The notes under the pieces: generated by a model | The model's input: the letters and a program-made list of their open reading frames with translations, nothing else | What the model was told of the DNA's origin: nothing | Databases searched by the model: none | From: an uncultured candidatus Porisulfidus sp. | Lineage (GTDB): Bacteria > Pseudomonadota > Gammaproteobacteria > Poriferisulfidales > Oxydemutatoraceae | Reading direction: 5' to 3' | DNA: 64,000 bases | NCBI GenBank assembly: GCA_965215125.1 | Contig: OZ244052.1 | Coordinates: 2,016,001-2,080,000 of the forward strand | Position numbers and translations under genes: made by a program | In this document: positions 41,749 through 51,497 of the stretch, piece by piece | Position numbering within the stretch: the stretch's first letter is position 1 | Layout: every line of letters starts with the position of its first letter

Positions 41749-41763
41749 TTATAGAGATAGAAA

Positions 41764-42627
41764 ATGAGCTGGTTCGAAAAATTAATACCTTCGCGTATAC
41801 GCACCGCCCGCAAAGATAATCGCAAAATACCGGAAGGCTTATGGGACAAATGCCCGGCGTGTCAAGCCGTCTTGTATCAACCCGAATTAAAAAAGAACCT
41901 TTATGTTTGTCCGAAATGCGGTCATCATATTAGGATCTCCGCCAGAACGCGTATTGATTTATTCCTAGATGAGGAAGGGCGCGTAGAGTTAAGCGGTAAC
42001 ATAAAACCTACCGACTTTCTAAAATTCAAAGACAAGAAACGTTATAGGGAGCGTTACACGGCAGCCTATAAAAGTACCTCCGAGCGCGACGCACTCGTCG
42101 TATATCAAGGTGAGCTGAAATCTAAACCTGTCGTAGTTGCTGCGTTTGACTTCAATTTTATAGGTGGCTCTATGGGTGCGGTGGTCGGCGAGCTCTTTAA
42201 GCGTGCGGTTGAACAATCGGTGGAAATACGCGCACCACTGGTATGCTTTTCAACGAGCGGTGGTGCGCGTATGCAAGAATCTTTGGTTTCTTTGTTTCAA
42301 ATGGCTAAAACCAGTGCCGTATTGGCAAAGTTATCGGAACAGCGCATCCCGTTTATTTCGGTGTTGTGCGATCCGACGATGGGCGGTGTATCCGCCAGCT
42401 TGGCGATGCTCGGTGATGTAATCATCGCCGAACCCAAGGCTTTGGTAGGCTTTGCCGGCCCTAGAGTGATTGAACAAACCGTCAAGCAGACATTGCCGGA
42501 AGGGTTTCAACGCAGCGAGTTTTTATTGAAGCACGGCGCAATAGATATGATCGTAGATCGCAAGGAAATACGAGAGCGAGTTGCAAATATACTTGCATTG
42601 CTGATGAAATACCGAATGCAAGCATGA
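41764..42627 (+). CDS. accD: Acetyl-CoA carboxylase carboxyltransferase beta subunit
   Basis: CPAC..CPKC zinc finger, [24 protein letters not shown]. Confidence 0.98.
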   Translation: MSWFEKLIPSRIRTARKDNRKIPEGLWDKCPACQAVLYQPELKKNLYVCPKCGHHIRISARTRIDLFLDEEGRVELSGNIKPTDFLKFKDKKRYRERYTAAYKSTSERDALVVYQGELKSKPVVVAAFDFNFIGGSMGAVVGELFKRAVEQSVEIRAPLVCFSTSGGARMQESLVSLFQMAKTSAVLAKLSEQRIPFISVLCDPTMGGVSASLAMLGDVIIAEPKALVGFAGPRVIEQTVKQTLPEGFQRSEFLLKHGAIDMIVDRKEIRERVANILALLMKYRMQA

Positions 42628-43916
42628 GTTCCGAGAAAGGCAAGTATTCGGCAGAATTAGATCTATGGCTAGACAAGCATAGACGAACCCACCCTCAAGA
42701 AATAGAGTTGGGTTTGGATCGCGTCAAGGAAGTCGCTGCAAATATGCAGTTGTTGAATCCCGAGCAAACGGTCATAACGGTCGCCGGCACCAACGGTAAA
42801 GGGTCGACGGTTGCAATGTTGGAAGCGATGTTGCGCGCCGCAGGTTATATCACCGCAAGCTACACTTCGCCACACATGCACCGCTATAACGAGCGTATTA
42901 AAATCAATAACCGCTGTGTAAACGATGCCGAATTATGCCGTGCGTTCGAGCTTATAGAAGCACGGCGCAGTGACATCAGCTTGAGTTTTTTTGAGTTCAG
43001 TACGCTGGCAGCATTGCAATGTTTTAAGTTCAACAATCCCGATATCATTTTGTTAGAGACCGGCTTGGGTGGACGGTTGGATGCCGTTAATATCATCGAT
43101 GCCGACGTTGCCGTTATCACCGGTATCGGTATAGACCATGTCGAATGGTTGGGTGATAACAGAGAGTCTATCGGTCGCGAGAAAGCCGGCATCACGCGAC
43201 CCGGATCGCCCTGTGTTTGTGGCGATCCGAACCCTACCGAGTCTATTAAGATATTGAAAAAAGATCGTCCCTTATATTTACTTAATGAGAATTTCGGTTA
43301 TCGCAAAAACGCTAACCGATGGGATTTTGAAAGCACCGACGGTCGTTTTGAAGATTTGCCTTTGCCGGCGTTATTCGGCGATATACAGTTGCAGAATGCA
43401 AGTTGCGCACTGATGACATTTACGCTGATGAAGGATTTCAAAATATCTCGCAAGGCGATTATGGAAGGATTGACTAAGGTTTATTTACCCGGTCGCTTCC
43501 AGATTAGATATCAAACCGTAGATTCTAAAAAGATAACCGGTATTTTCGATATCAGCCATAATCCTCAAGGTGTAGAAGTTATGGTACAGAATCTGAAGAG
43601 CTTCACCAACGGTGCCAAACTGCATGCGGTATTTGCGATTCTATCTACCAAAGATGTGGACAATGTGACTAAAACCGTAGCTCCTTGGATTGATCACTGG
43701 TATTTGGCAGAGCCCGATTCTACACACGCCTTGCCTGTTGCCAAGCTAAAAAGTGTCATAAATCGGCATACAAACGCATCAAATGGTATACAATGTTTCA
43801 CCTCGGTATCGGAGGCATACAACTATGCAATACACAATATACAAAACGGAGAGCAATTACTCGTTTTCGGTTCTACGATGACCGTTGCAGAAGCCTTGAA
43901 GGAATTGGATGCTTAA
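42624..43916 (+). CDS. folC: Bifunctional folylpolyglutamate/dihydrofolate synthase
   Basis: [45 protein letters not shown]. Confidence 0.96.
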   Translation: MSSEKGKYSAELDLWLDKHRRTHPQEIELGLDRVKEVAANMQLLNPEQTVITVAGTNGKGSTVAMLEAMLRAAGYITASYTSPHMHRYNERIKINNRCVNDAELCRAFELIEARRSDISLSFFEFSTLAALQCFKFNNPDIILLETGLGGRLDAVNIIDADVAVITGIGIDHVEWLGDNRESIGREKAGITRPGSPCVCGDPNPTESIKILKKDRPLYLLNENFGYRKNANRWDFESTDGRFEDLPLPALFGDIQLQNASCALMTFTLMKDFKISRKAIMEGLTKVYLPGRFQIRYQTVDSKKITGIFDISHNPQGVEVMVQNLKSFTNGAKLHAVFAILSTKDVDNVTKTVAPWIDHWYLAEPDSTHALPVAKLKSVINRHTNASNGIQCFTSVSEAYNYAIHNIQNGEQLLVFGSTMTVAEALKELDA

Positions 43917-44496
43917 GATGGAACAGCATATCAAGCAACGATTATTAGGTACGGTGATACTGGTTTCGGTTGCGGTAATCGTATTGCCTTTGTTGTTGGA
44001 CGGTGAGGGTTATAGGGCGATGCAAAGTATAGAGATCAATGCGCCGCAAAAGCCGAAGTTTGAATATCACCAAAAAGGTTTTACAATTCCTCTCAATGAA
44101 CCCGATAAACAAGCGGATTTATTGGAACCGCCGCCGCCGATGGATATCAAAGGATTCAACGATAGTATGACTGCGCCGCCCGAGCCAATCGACGCAAGCG
44201 CACAAAACCGTCCGTCGTCGGAAATGCTATCGGATGAGCCGGCGGATGCCGAACTTACCACGCTGTGGGTGATGCAAGTGGGGAGTTTTAGTGTTGAAGA
44301 AAATGCTTTCGTAGCACGCGAAAAAATCAATGCGATAGAAGCAAATAATATGTTCGTCAACATAGAAACGGAGATGATCGATAGCCGTGAGATTTATGTC
44401 GTCAAGGTAGTTTCCGACGATTACGAGGCTTTGAGCGAGATAGCGGAACTTATCAAAAAAGATTATCCCGATGCCTTTATAAAAGGGAGAGAATGA
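43909..44496 (+). CDS. dedD: SPOR-domain cell division protein DedD (copy 1)
   Basis: KQRLLGTVILVSVAVIVLPLLLDG TM, Pro-rich linker, WVMQVGSFS..NA SPOR motif; folC-dedD-cvpA synteny. Confidence 0.85.
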   Translation: MLKMEQHIKQRLLGTVILVSVAVIVLPLLLDGEGYRAMQSIEINAPQKPKFEYHQKGFTIPLNEPDKQADLLEPPPPMDIKGFNDSMTAPPEPIDASAQNRPSSEMLSDEPADAELTTLWVMQVGSFSVEENAFVAREKINAIEANNMFVNIETEMIDSREIYVVKVVSDDYEALSEIAELIKKDYPDAFIKGRE

Positions 44497-44500
44497 CTCG

Positions 44501-44917
44501 ATGTTGAATTATGTCGATGTTGCGATATGTTTGATTCTATTTATTTCGGTGAGTATAGGTATCTATAAAGGATTTGTTAAGGAAACATTATTTCCGGCAA
44601 GTTTGATTTTGGCGTTCGCGCCGGTGAAAGATTTCAAGATACCTTGCGAGGCGGATGTGGACAATGTGACTAAAACCGTAGCCCCTTTGATTGATCATTG
44701 GTATTCGGCAGAACCCGACTCTATACACGCTTTGCCTGTCGCCAAGCTAAAAAATGTCATAAATCGGCATGCAAACGCATCAAATGGTATACAATGTTTT
44801 ACTTCGGTATCGGAGGCATACAACTATGCAATATAAAACATACAAAACGGAGAGCAATTACTCGTTTTCGGTTCTACGATGACCGTCTCAGATGCCTTGA
44901 AGAAATTGGATGCTTAA
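44501..44917 (+). pseudogene. Chimeric cvpA'-'folC duplication junction
   Basis: First ~38 codons match cvpA, then folC 43415-43456 joined to folC 43653-43916, with a premature TAA at 44834-44836. Confidence 0.85.
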
Positions 44918-45374
44918 GATGGAACGGCATATCAAGAAACGACTATTAGGTACAATCGTACTGGTTTCGGTTGCGGTAATCGTATTGACTTTGTTATTGG
45001 AACCGCCGCCGCCGTCGATGGATACCGAAGGATTCAACGATAGTATGACCGCACCGCCTAGACAAATCGACGCAAGCGAACAAAACTATCCGTCGCCGGA
45101 AATACTATTGGATGAACCGGCGGATGCCGAATTTACCCCGTTGTGGGTGACGCAAGTGGGGAGTTTTGATGTTGAGGAAGATGCTTTCGTAGCACGCGAA
45201 AAAACCATTGCAATGGAGGCAATGAATGTGTTCGTCAACATAGAAACCGAGATGGTTGATGGTCGTGAGGTTTATGTCGTCAAAGTACTTTCCGACGATT
45301 ACGAGGCTTTGAGCGAGATAACGGAACTTATCAAAAAAGATTATCCCGATGCCTTTATAAAAGGAAGAGAATGA
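44910..45374 (+). CDS. dedD: DedD paralog (copy 2) with an in-frame linker deletion
   Basis: Diverged copy of 43909-44496 lacking 42 codons after the TM; TM and SPOR intact. Confidence 0.8.
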   Translation: MLKMERHIKKRLLGTIVLVSVAVIVLTLLLEPPPPSMDTEGFNDSMTAPPRQIDASEQNYPSPEILLDEPADAEFTPLWVTQVGSFDVEEDAFVAREKTIAMEAMNVFVNIETEMVDGREVYVVKVLSDDYEALSEITELIKKDYPDAFIKGRE

Positions 45375-45378
45375 CTCG

Positions 45379-45987
45379 ATGCTGAATTATGTCGATGTTG
45401 CGATATGTTTGATTCTGTCTATTTCGGTGAGTATAGGTATCTATAAAGGATTTGTTAAGGAAACATTATCTCTGGCGAGTTTGATTTTGGCGTTGTTTCT
45501 AGCCTTTTATTTATCCGACTATCCGGTGCGTTGGTTGATGCCGGTTTCGCAAAACTGGGGCGGAGAATGGCTAGGCTTTAATATAGAAGGAGAATCTATC
45601 GTCTTTGTGGTCTCGTTTATATTGATTTTCGTTGTCTCACTCGTCATCGGCAATCTACTAAGCAATGCGCTTAGCAATTTAGTCTCGCACAGCACTATAC
45701 TAAAAGGCATGAATCGTATTTTAGGTGCCGCTTTCGGTTTGGTCCGAGGTGCAATCATCGTGATGCTGTTGGTTATTTTTGCCGGACTGACGAAAGTGTC
45801 GATCTACGATTGGTGGTATCAATCTCGCTTGTTGCCTCCGTTCATTGACGGCGCACAACGCATCGTGGCAATGTTGCCGGCACAGTATTCTTGGCATTTT
45901 GATTTCGGCTCGCCCGATGTCGGAACCGAAAATCCCACGGAATTGAACCCCGCACCTCGTCGCAAAGCCGAGGAACACAGCATTTAG
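45379..45987 (+). CDS. cvpA: Colicin V production protein CvpA
   Basis: NYVDVAI..G.YKGFVKE.LSL, NRILGAAFGLVRG, WWYQSRLLP. Confidence 0.93.
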   Translation: MLNYVDVAICLILSISVSIGIYKGFVKETLSLASLILALFLAFYLSDYPVRWLMPVSQNWGGEWLGFNIEGESIVFVVSFILIFVVSLVIGNLLSNALSNLVSHSTILKGMNRILGAAFGLVRGAIIVMLLVIFAGLTKVSIYDWWYQSRLLPPFIDGAQRIVAMLPAQYSWHFDFGSPDVGTENPTELNPAPRRKAEEHSI

Positions 45988-46001
45988 TGAGATAATTCGG
46001 T

Positions 46002-47498
46002 ATGTGCGGGATACTCGCTATTTATGGTCACCAATCGGTTGCACAATCTCTGCACGACGGCTTATTGCTATTGCAACATCGCGGCCAAGATGCTGCCGGG
46101 ATTATAACGCAAGAAGGTAACAGGATATACCAACATAAAGGCAACGGTCTGGTCAGGGATGTATTTCAAGCGAATAATAAGCTCAACTTAAAGGGTTCTA
46201 TCGGTATTGCCCATGTGCGTTATCCTACCGCAGGTACTTCGCATCGTGCGGAAGCACAGCCGCTCTATGTCAATAGCCCTTACGGCATTGCGCTTGCACA
46301 CAACGGTAACTTGATCAACTCCGAGAAACTGATAACGCAGTTATTCAATGAGAATAGAAGGCATATTAACACCGGCTCGGACTCGGAAATTTTATTAAAT
46401 ATATTTGCCCACGAACTACTCCAGCAGAAATTAATGCTGGGGCCGAATGAGATATTTGAGGCGGTAAAGAAATTGCATAAGCGAGTGAACGGCAGCTACG
46501 CCGTGGTGGCAATGATCGCCGGTGTGGGTATCGTTGCGTTTCGCGATCCGTATGCAATTCGCCCGTTAATCTACGGTGTAAGAGAAACGACTAGAGGCGT
46601 GGAACACATGTTTGCTTCGGAGAGTGTTGCATTCGGCACCTCCGGCTTCCGGAAAGTTAGAGACTTAAAACCGGGTGAAGCCATCTTTATAGATAGTGCA
46701 GGCGATCTTTATGCAAAGGTATGCAGTGAGTCTTCGGAGTACCGCAGTTGCATATTTGAATATGTTTATTTTGCACGCCCCGACTCCGAAATAGACGAAG
46801 TTTTTGTCCATAAAGCGCGCATGCGTATGGGCGACAAATTGGCGAAGAAGATTAAACGAGAATGGCCGGATTATAAAATTGATGTTGTGATACCGGTGCC
46901 CGACACCAGCCGTACCGCTGCACTGGAACTGGCAATCAAACTCAAAGTGCGTTATCGTGAAGGGTTTATAAAAAACCGCTATATAGGTCGCACATTCATT
47001 ATGCCCGAACAGCAAGAGCGACAAAAATCCGTGCGTTACAAATTGAACCCGCTCGGTATCGAGTTTAAGAACAAGAATGTAATGATCGTCGACGATTCCA
47101 TCGTGCGCGGTACGACCTCCAAACAAATCGTACAGATGGCACGCGAAGCCGGTGCCGAACGGGTATTTTTAGTCTCGGCATCTCCACCCATACGTTATCC
47201 GAATATCTACGGCATTGATATGCCGGTGCCGGGCGAATTGATCGCGCATAATCGCAGCGTAGACCAAATTTGCTCTTTTGTAGGGGCAGACGGCTTGTTT
47301 TATCAGGATTTGGAAGATTTGGTGGCGGCGGTACGAAAAGGCAACCCGAAGCTAAAGTATTTTGATTGCTCTATGTTCAACGGTGAATATGTGGTTGAAC
47401 CCGAAGTCGGTTATCTGGATCGAATAAGGCGACAACGCAGCGAAGAGTCCAAGCAAGAGAAAAAGAAAGCAGGTGAAGCGGATTTGTATATCGTATAA
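46002..47498 (+). CDS. purF: Amidophosphoribosyltransferase
   Basis: MCGI, QHRGQDAAGI, HVRYPTAG, CIFEYVYFARPDS, VDDSIVRGTTS. Confidence 0.98.
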   Translation: MCGILAIYGHQSVAQSLHDGLLLLQHRGQDAAGIITQEGNRIYQHKGNGLVRDVFQANNKLNLKGSIGIAHVRYPTAGTSHRAEAQPLYVNSPYGIALAHNGNLINSEKLITQLFNENRRHINTGSDSEILLNIFAHELLQQKLMLGPNEIFEAVKKLHKRVNGSYAVVAMIAGVGIVAFRDPYAIRPLIYGVRETTRGVEHMFASESVAFGTSGFRKVRDLKPGEAIFIDSAGDLYAKVCSESSEYRSCIFEYVYFARPDSEIDEVFVHKARMRMGDKLAKKIKREWPDYKIDVVIPVPDTSRTAALELAIKLKVRYREGFIKNRYIGRTFIMPEQQERQKSVRYKLNPLGIEFKNKNVMIVDDSIVRGTTSKQIVQMAREAGAERVFLVSASPPIRYPNIYGIDMPVPGELIAHNRSVDQICSFVGADGLFYQDLEDLVAAVRKGNPKLKYFDCSMFNGEYVVEPEVGYLDRIRRQRSEESKQEKKKAGEADLYIV

Positions 47499-47580
47499 AA
47501 AGCGATAGATTAAGAAAAGTTCATGTGCATTACAAACAGAGAGGTTTATCATCGTTGATTGGCAAACACAATCTCGCCGT

Positions 47581-48093
47581 TTGCTGAGGATTTATCCTAA
47601 ATACGCACGGCATCCGCTGGCATTGATCGATATTTGCACACAAAGGCTCTATCTAATCAAGCGTTTGCATCTACATGCGCGGTATCCGATATCCACATCG
47701 CGCTATGGTGTGGGTGCTACAGAGGACTCTCGTAAAACACCGCAAGGCGCACATCGGGTTGCAATGAAAATAGGTGAAGGCGAACCGCTTTACAGATGTT
47801 TCAAAACACGGCTGCCAACCGATAAGATTGCATCACCCAACCCGCATACAACAATCGGTTGCGAAGATGCAATCTGCACCCGTATTTTATGGTTAGCCGG
47901 ACTTGAAGCGAATATCAATCAGGGAGGCTACCACGACTCCCAACGCCGCTATATCTACATACACGGCACGACCGACGAAAAGCGCATCGGTCGTCCGTCG
48001 TCGGTCGGTTGTATTAGAATGAAAAACAAAGATGTAGTAGAAGTATTTGATATCTTAGAGTGCAATTCCATCGTTTATATTATTGCACCATAG
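47581..48093 (+). CDS. L,D-transpeptidase (YkuD family)
   Basis: YPISTS..G, TPQG.H, IYIHGT..GRPSSVGCIRM. Confidence 0.88.
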   Translation: MLRIYPKYARHPLALIDICTQRLYLIKRLHLHARYPISTSRYGVGATEDSRKTPQGAHRVAMKIGEGEPLYRCFKTRLPTDKIASPNPHTTIGCEDAICTRILWLAGLEANINQGGYHDSQRRYIYIHGTTDEKRIGRPSSVGCIRMKNKDVVEVFDILECNSIVYIIAP

Positions 48094-48132
48094 AACCGCC
48101 GATTGAGCTTGTAGGGGCGGACTAGAACCGCC
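48091..48132 (+). repeat. GAACCGCCGATT arm / GTAG-REP hybrid supplying the upstream stop codon
   Basis: TAGAACCGCCGATTGAGCTT-GTAGGGGCGGAC-TAGAACCGCC. Confidence 0.8.
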
Positions 48133-48152
48133 AAGTACCGTACGATTGTTTT

Positions 48153-48971
48153 TCATAAATCAACGGCTAAACGCGATTGAATATTCGGGAGGCAACGGTA
48201 TTTATCTATGATTTCTCCCCGACGACCCAACCTGTCTTGAATCATCGTATAATACTTTTGATTGATTTCACAAGACAAGAAAACTCTATTCATCTTTTCT
48301 GCCAACACTATCTCCGATCCACTGCCACCGAATAGAATGAATACACTATCTCCGGGTTTCGTGGTCGCGGAAATAAGCATTTCTACAAGTTTCAAAGGAA
48401 TTTGACAAGAATGAAAAGTTTTGTCTTTTGAAACATTTTTGACAAGGTTAAAGTAAAACCACGAATACGGCATCCGTCCCTTTGCGCCGTTTGCTATCTG
48501 TTCTCGTATCCGAGGATCTTCGGGATTTTTGTACGGCTGGGCAACTTGCTCCTTGTAGAAAGCATTATCTTTGCTTTTGGTCGCATGAAGTATAGAGCGG
48601 TGCGCCGTTGTAAAGCGGTGCTTGGAATGTCCTACATTCGTATTATAAACCCATACATACTCATGCAAACCGTACGCTAAATGCTCTAGACACTTAACTC
48701 GCAAATGTGCATTTTGTCTTGGATAATTGATGGTGAACAGATTGCCGGTTGTCTTTATAACGCGCATTGATTCGGTGATGATATCCGAGTACCAAGCAAT
48801 ATAACGATCCCAAGGCAATGTGCATTTCTGCCCGGCATAATTGATACCGACATTGTAATCAGGATCTGCATAGACTAAATCAATACTATTGTCGGGAATA
48901 TCCTTTAGGACATTCATAACATCAAAATTAAATATTTGATTATGGTATTTATTAGGAAGCGTTTTCATCAT
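48153..48971 (-). CDS. Site-specific amino (N4-C/N6-A) DNA methyltransferase, beta class
   Basis: Motif IV variant ADPDY precedes motif I ILFGGSGS; HSCQIP..L.E..I.AT..PGD. Confidence 0.88.
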   Translation of the reverse strand: MMKTLPNKYHNQIFNFDVMNVLKDIPDNSIDLVYADPDYNVGINYAGQKCTLPWDRYIAWYSDIITESMRVIKTTGNLFTINYPRQNAHLRVKCLEHLAYGLHEYVWVYNTNVGHSKHRFTTAHRSILHATKSKDNAFYKEQVAQPYKNPEDPRIREQIANGAKGRMPYSWFYFNLVKNVSKDKTFHSCQIPLKLVEMLISATTKPGDSVFILFGGSGSEIVLAEKMNRVFLSCEINQKYYTMIQDRLGRRGEIIDKYRCLPNIQSRLAVDL

Positions 48972-49743
48972 CTCTTGTAGCTAAATTATAGAGAGATTTT
49001 TTAATAAGTCTAATGGATTGCATATCCCTTATGTCCGAGAAGGTATAAAGGTATAAGCTAACGATATTTTTATTTTTATCTCGGAGTAAGTAACAACATT
49101 CTATCTTTTTTATGCCTTCAATATTCTTATTATGATAAACCAAAAAAGGGTGGAAAAGTTGATACACGGAAAAATCATCGGGAGAGCCGTTTTTTGCTTC
49201 TAAAATTGTAACTTCTCCGTTATGCTCAAAAGTAGCATCTAGTTCTACTTGTAATTTTTCTGCATTGATTGTTTCGTCGCCTACACAATAAGATGCAGTA
49301 AATTTTGTACGGCGAGACATATATATCTTGGGACTCTCGGTTATATCTTCATATAGAAAATGCTGAATAATTCTTTGATTGTAGACTAGAGAAATGGTAT
49401 TGCTCTCACTGTCATCCGTGTGATTAAGCAAACTTGGTTTATATGGCCACGGCACTATTTCATTCTCCATAATAGGCTCAAATCGATGGTACCAAATATC
49501 CAATCCTTTGATGAATTTATAGTGTCCTTTACCTAAACCTGCAATGCAATAGCCGGCATTTTTAACTTCTTCGGGTAATTTTACCGATTGGTCTATTTTT
49601 GTTGCATCGTAAGTATTTTTGAAGCCAATCTCTCCGGATATTTCTTTCACGAGATGAGTGTCAAACTCAAGATTATTGACACGCTTGCAATGATCAAATA
49701 GACGAACTATAACTCCCTTTTTCTTAGAGATATTTTTTTCCAT
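48952..49743 (-). CDS. Putative type II restriction endonuclease
   Basis: PD-(D/E)xK-like QVELDATFE..ILEAKN..DF.VYQLFHPF; SESNTI motif; overlaps the MTase gene; AT-rich. Confidence 0.7.
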   Translation of the reverse strand: MEKNISKKKGVIVRLFDHCKRVNNLEFDTHLVKEISGEIGFKNTYDATKIDQSVKLPEEVKNAGYCIAGLGKGHYKFIKGLDIWYHRFEPIMENEIVPWPYKPSLLNHTDDSESNTISLVYNQRIIQHFLYEDITESPKIYMSRRTKFTASYCVGDETINAEKLQVELDATFEHNGEVTILEAKNGSPDDFSVYQLFHPFLVYHNKNIEGIKKIECCYLLRDKNKNIVSLYLYTFSDIRDMQSIRLIKKSLYNLATRDDENAS

Positions 49744-49912
49744 CTTTCAATATAAATCTCTTTTAATGATTTTTTAATAAATTTTGTTCAGTGTAGCATA
49801 AACATTTTTGAAATTTCCTATTTATCCTGCCCGTGTTTACCTTCTCGTATTAGTTTTATCGGCATCGTCTATATTGCACCCATACACCGCTCGCGTTAGA
49901 ATACCCGTAATC

Positions 49913-51148
49913 ATGCAAGATAAAATTCGTAGCGACTTAATGCAAATTTTTAATAGCGGGCTCGATAGAGTTAGGGGACGTCGGGCAGTCGTCGCCGACC
50001 TTGAGGCACATCGCCCGAGTAGCGAGGCACTACATTTGGTTGCGATAGGCAAGGCCGCATCGGATATGACTTTGGGTGCGTTGGATGTGCTCGGCAACCG
50101 AATAAAAGACGGTTTGTTGATTACCAAGCATTTACATACAGCACCCGAACTACACGACAATAATTCCATAGAGGTCATAGAATCGGATCATCCGGTGCCT
50201 AGCGATAAGAGCCTAGAGGCGGGAAGGCGATTATTAGCCTATTTGGAAAGCCGTACGGTTCGTAAGGCGCATTTTCTTTTTTTATTGTCGGGGGGTGCTT
50301 CGAGCTTGGTTGAAGTACTGCCTACCGGCATGCGTTTGGAGGATCTAAAAAACATGACCGAAGTGTTGCTCGCCAAAGGCCTGAATATAGGGCAGATGAA
50401 TGCAGTGCGCCAGGCACTTTCGTGCATTAAAGGTGGACGATTGGCAATGAAACTCAGAGGTTGCGAGGTATTGAATTTGATGATATCCGATGTGCCGAGA
50501 AACGACCCTAGTGTAATAGGCTCGGGCTTGCTGAATCCACCGCGCACAAAACCGAATTTTGATGATTACCCTAAGGAAATTAGAGATTGTTTGACCGGCA
50601 TTACATTAGTGCCACCGCCCGACGCAGATGCCTTTAGGCTTATCGATACCCGTATAGTTGCGCGTTTGGACGATGCCAAAGAAGCGTGTGTTAATAAGGC
50701 AATAGCTTTAGGTTACGATGCCCGTTTGATGCCGGACTTCGTAGCCGGTGATGTCGTAGCGGTTGCCGACCGTTTATGCGACACATTATTCACCGATAAG
50801 CACCAATTACTGGTTTGGGGAGGAGAACCCTCTATGCAACTACCGCAATCTCCGGGACGAGGTGGGCGCAACCAGCATCTCGCTTTGTTGATAGCCGAAC
50901 GCCTGTCAAATAAAGAAGGTTTTTATTTTGTAATTGCCGGCACCGACGGTAGCGACGGACCGACTACCGATGCCGGTGCCTTAGTTGACGGCACGACGGT
51001 GCGTAGAGCTTCGGCACTGGGCTTGGATATCAAACATAGCTTGGCAAATGCGGATAGCGGCAATTTTTTGGAGCAGACTCGAGATTTAATCAGCACCGGT
51101 CCCACCGGAACCAATGTTATGGATTTGATGATAGGGCTCAGAATATAG
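49913..51148 (+). CDS. Glycerate 2-kinase (MOFRL/TtuD family)
   Basis: AIGKAA..M, HPVP, LLSGGASSL, IKGGRLA, GGE, GRGGRNQH, GTDGSDGPT, GPTGTNVMDL; start probably ATG 49913. Confidence 0.93.
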   Translation: MQDKIRSDLMQIFNSGLDRVRGRRAVVADLEAHRPSSEALHLVAIGKAASDMTLGALDVLGNRIKDGLLITKHLHTAPELHDNNSIEVIESDHPVPSDKSLEAGRRLLAYLESRTVRKAHFLFLLSGGASSLVEVLPTGMRLEDLKNMTEVLLAKGLNIGQMNAVRQALSCIKGGRLAMKLRGCEVLNLMISDVPRNDPSVIGSGLLNPPRTKPNFDDYPKEIRDCLTGITLVPPPDADAFRLIDTRIVARLDDAKEACVNKAIALGYDARLMPDFVAGDVVAVADRLCDTLFTDKHQLLVWGGEPSMQLPQSPGRGGRNQHLALLIAERLSNKEGFYFVIAGTDGSDGPTTDAGALVDGTTVRRASALGLDIKHSLANADSGNFLEQTRDLISTGPTGTNVMDLMIGLRI

Positions 51149-51229
51149 ATTGTATCAACGCGCTGCTCTGTGCACAACCACGATATAAACTACGAACAGC
51201 AATCATGTTGAGGTTCTGCACAATGTCAC

Positions 51230-51263
51230 GCCGATTGACCTACCGGTTCAATCGGCGGTTCTA
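51230..51263. repeat. GCCGATT hairpin module
   Basis: GCCGATTGA-CCTACCGGT-TCAATCGGC-GGTTCTA. Confidence 0.75.
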
Positions 51264-51497
51264 TTGACGGATTTTAGGACTTCGTCTCGTAATTCCAATC
51301 CCAGAATTTTAATAATTATATACATTCTACACCAACAGAATATTGACCAGTGAGCTTTGAAAAATCAGGCAAATGCAAGTATTGCGACTATGCGTCAGGA
51401 CCGAAAAATGAGGTAACGTCACTAATTTAACCGGAAATCTTATCTTTGTCATGGCTCGGTTTTTGGGGTAATGTCGGTAGCTTTAGACATTTTTAAC

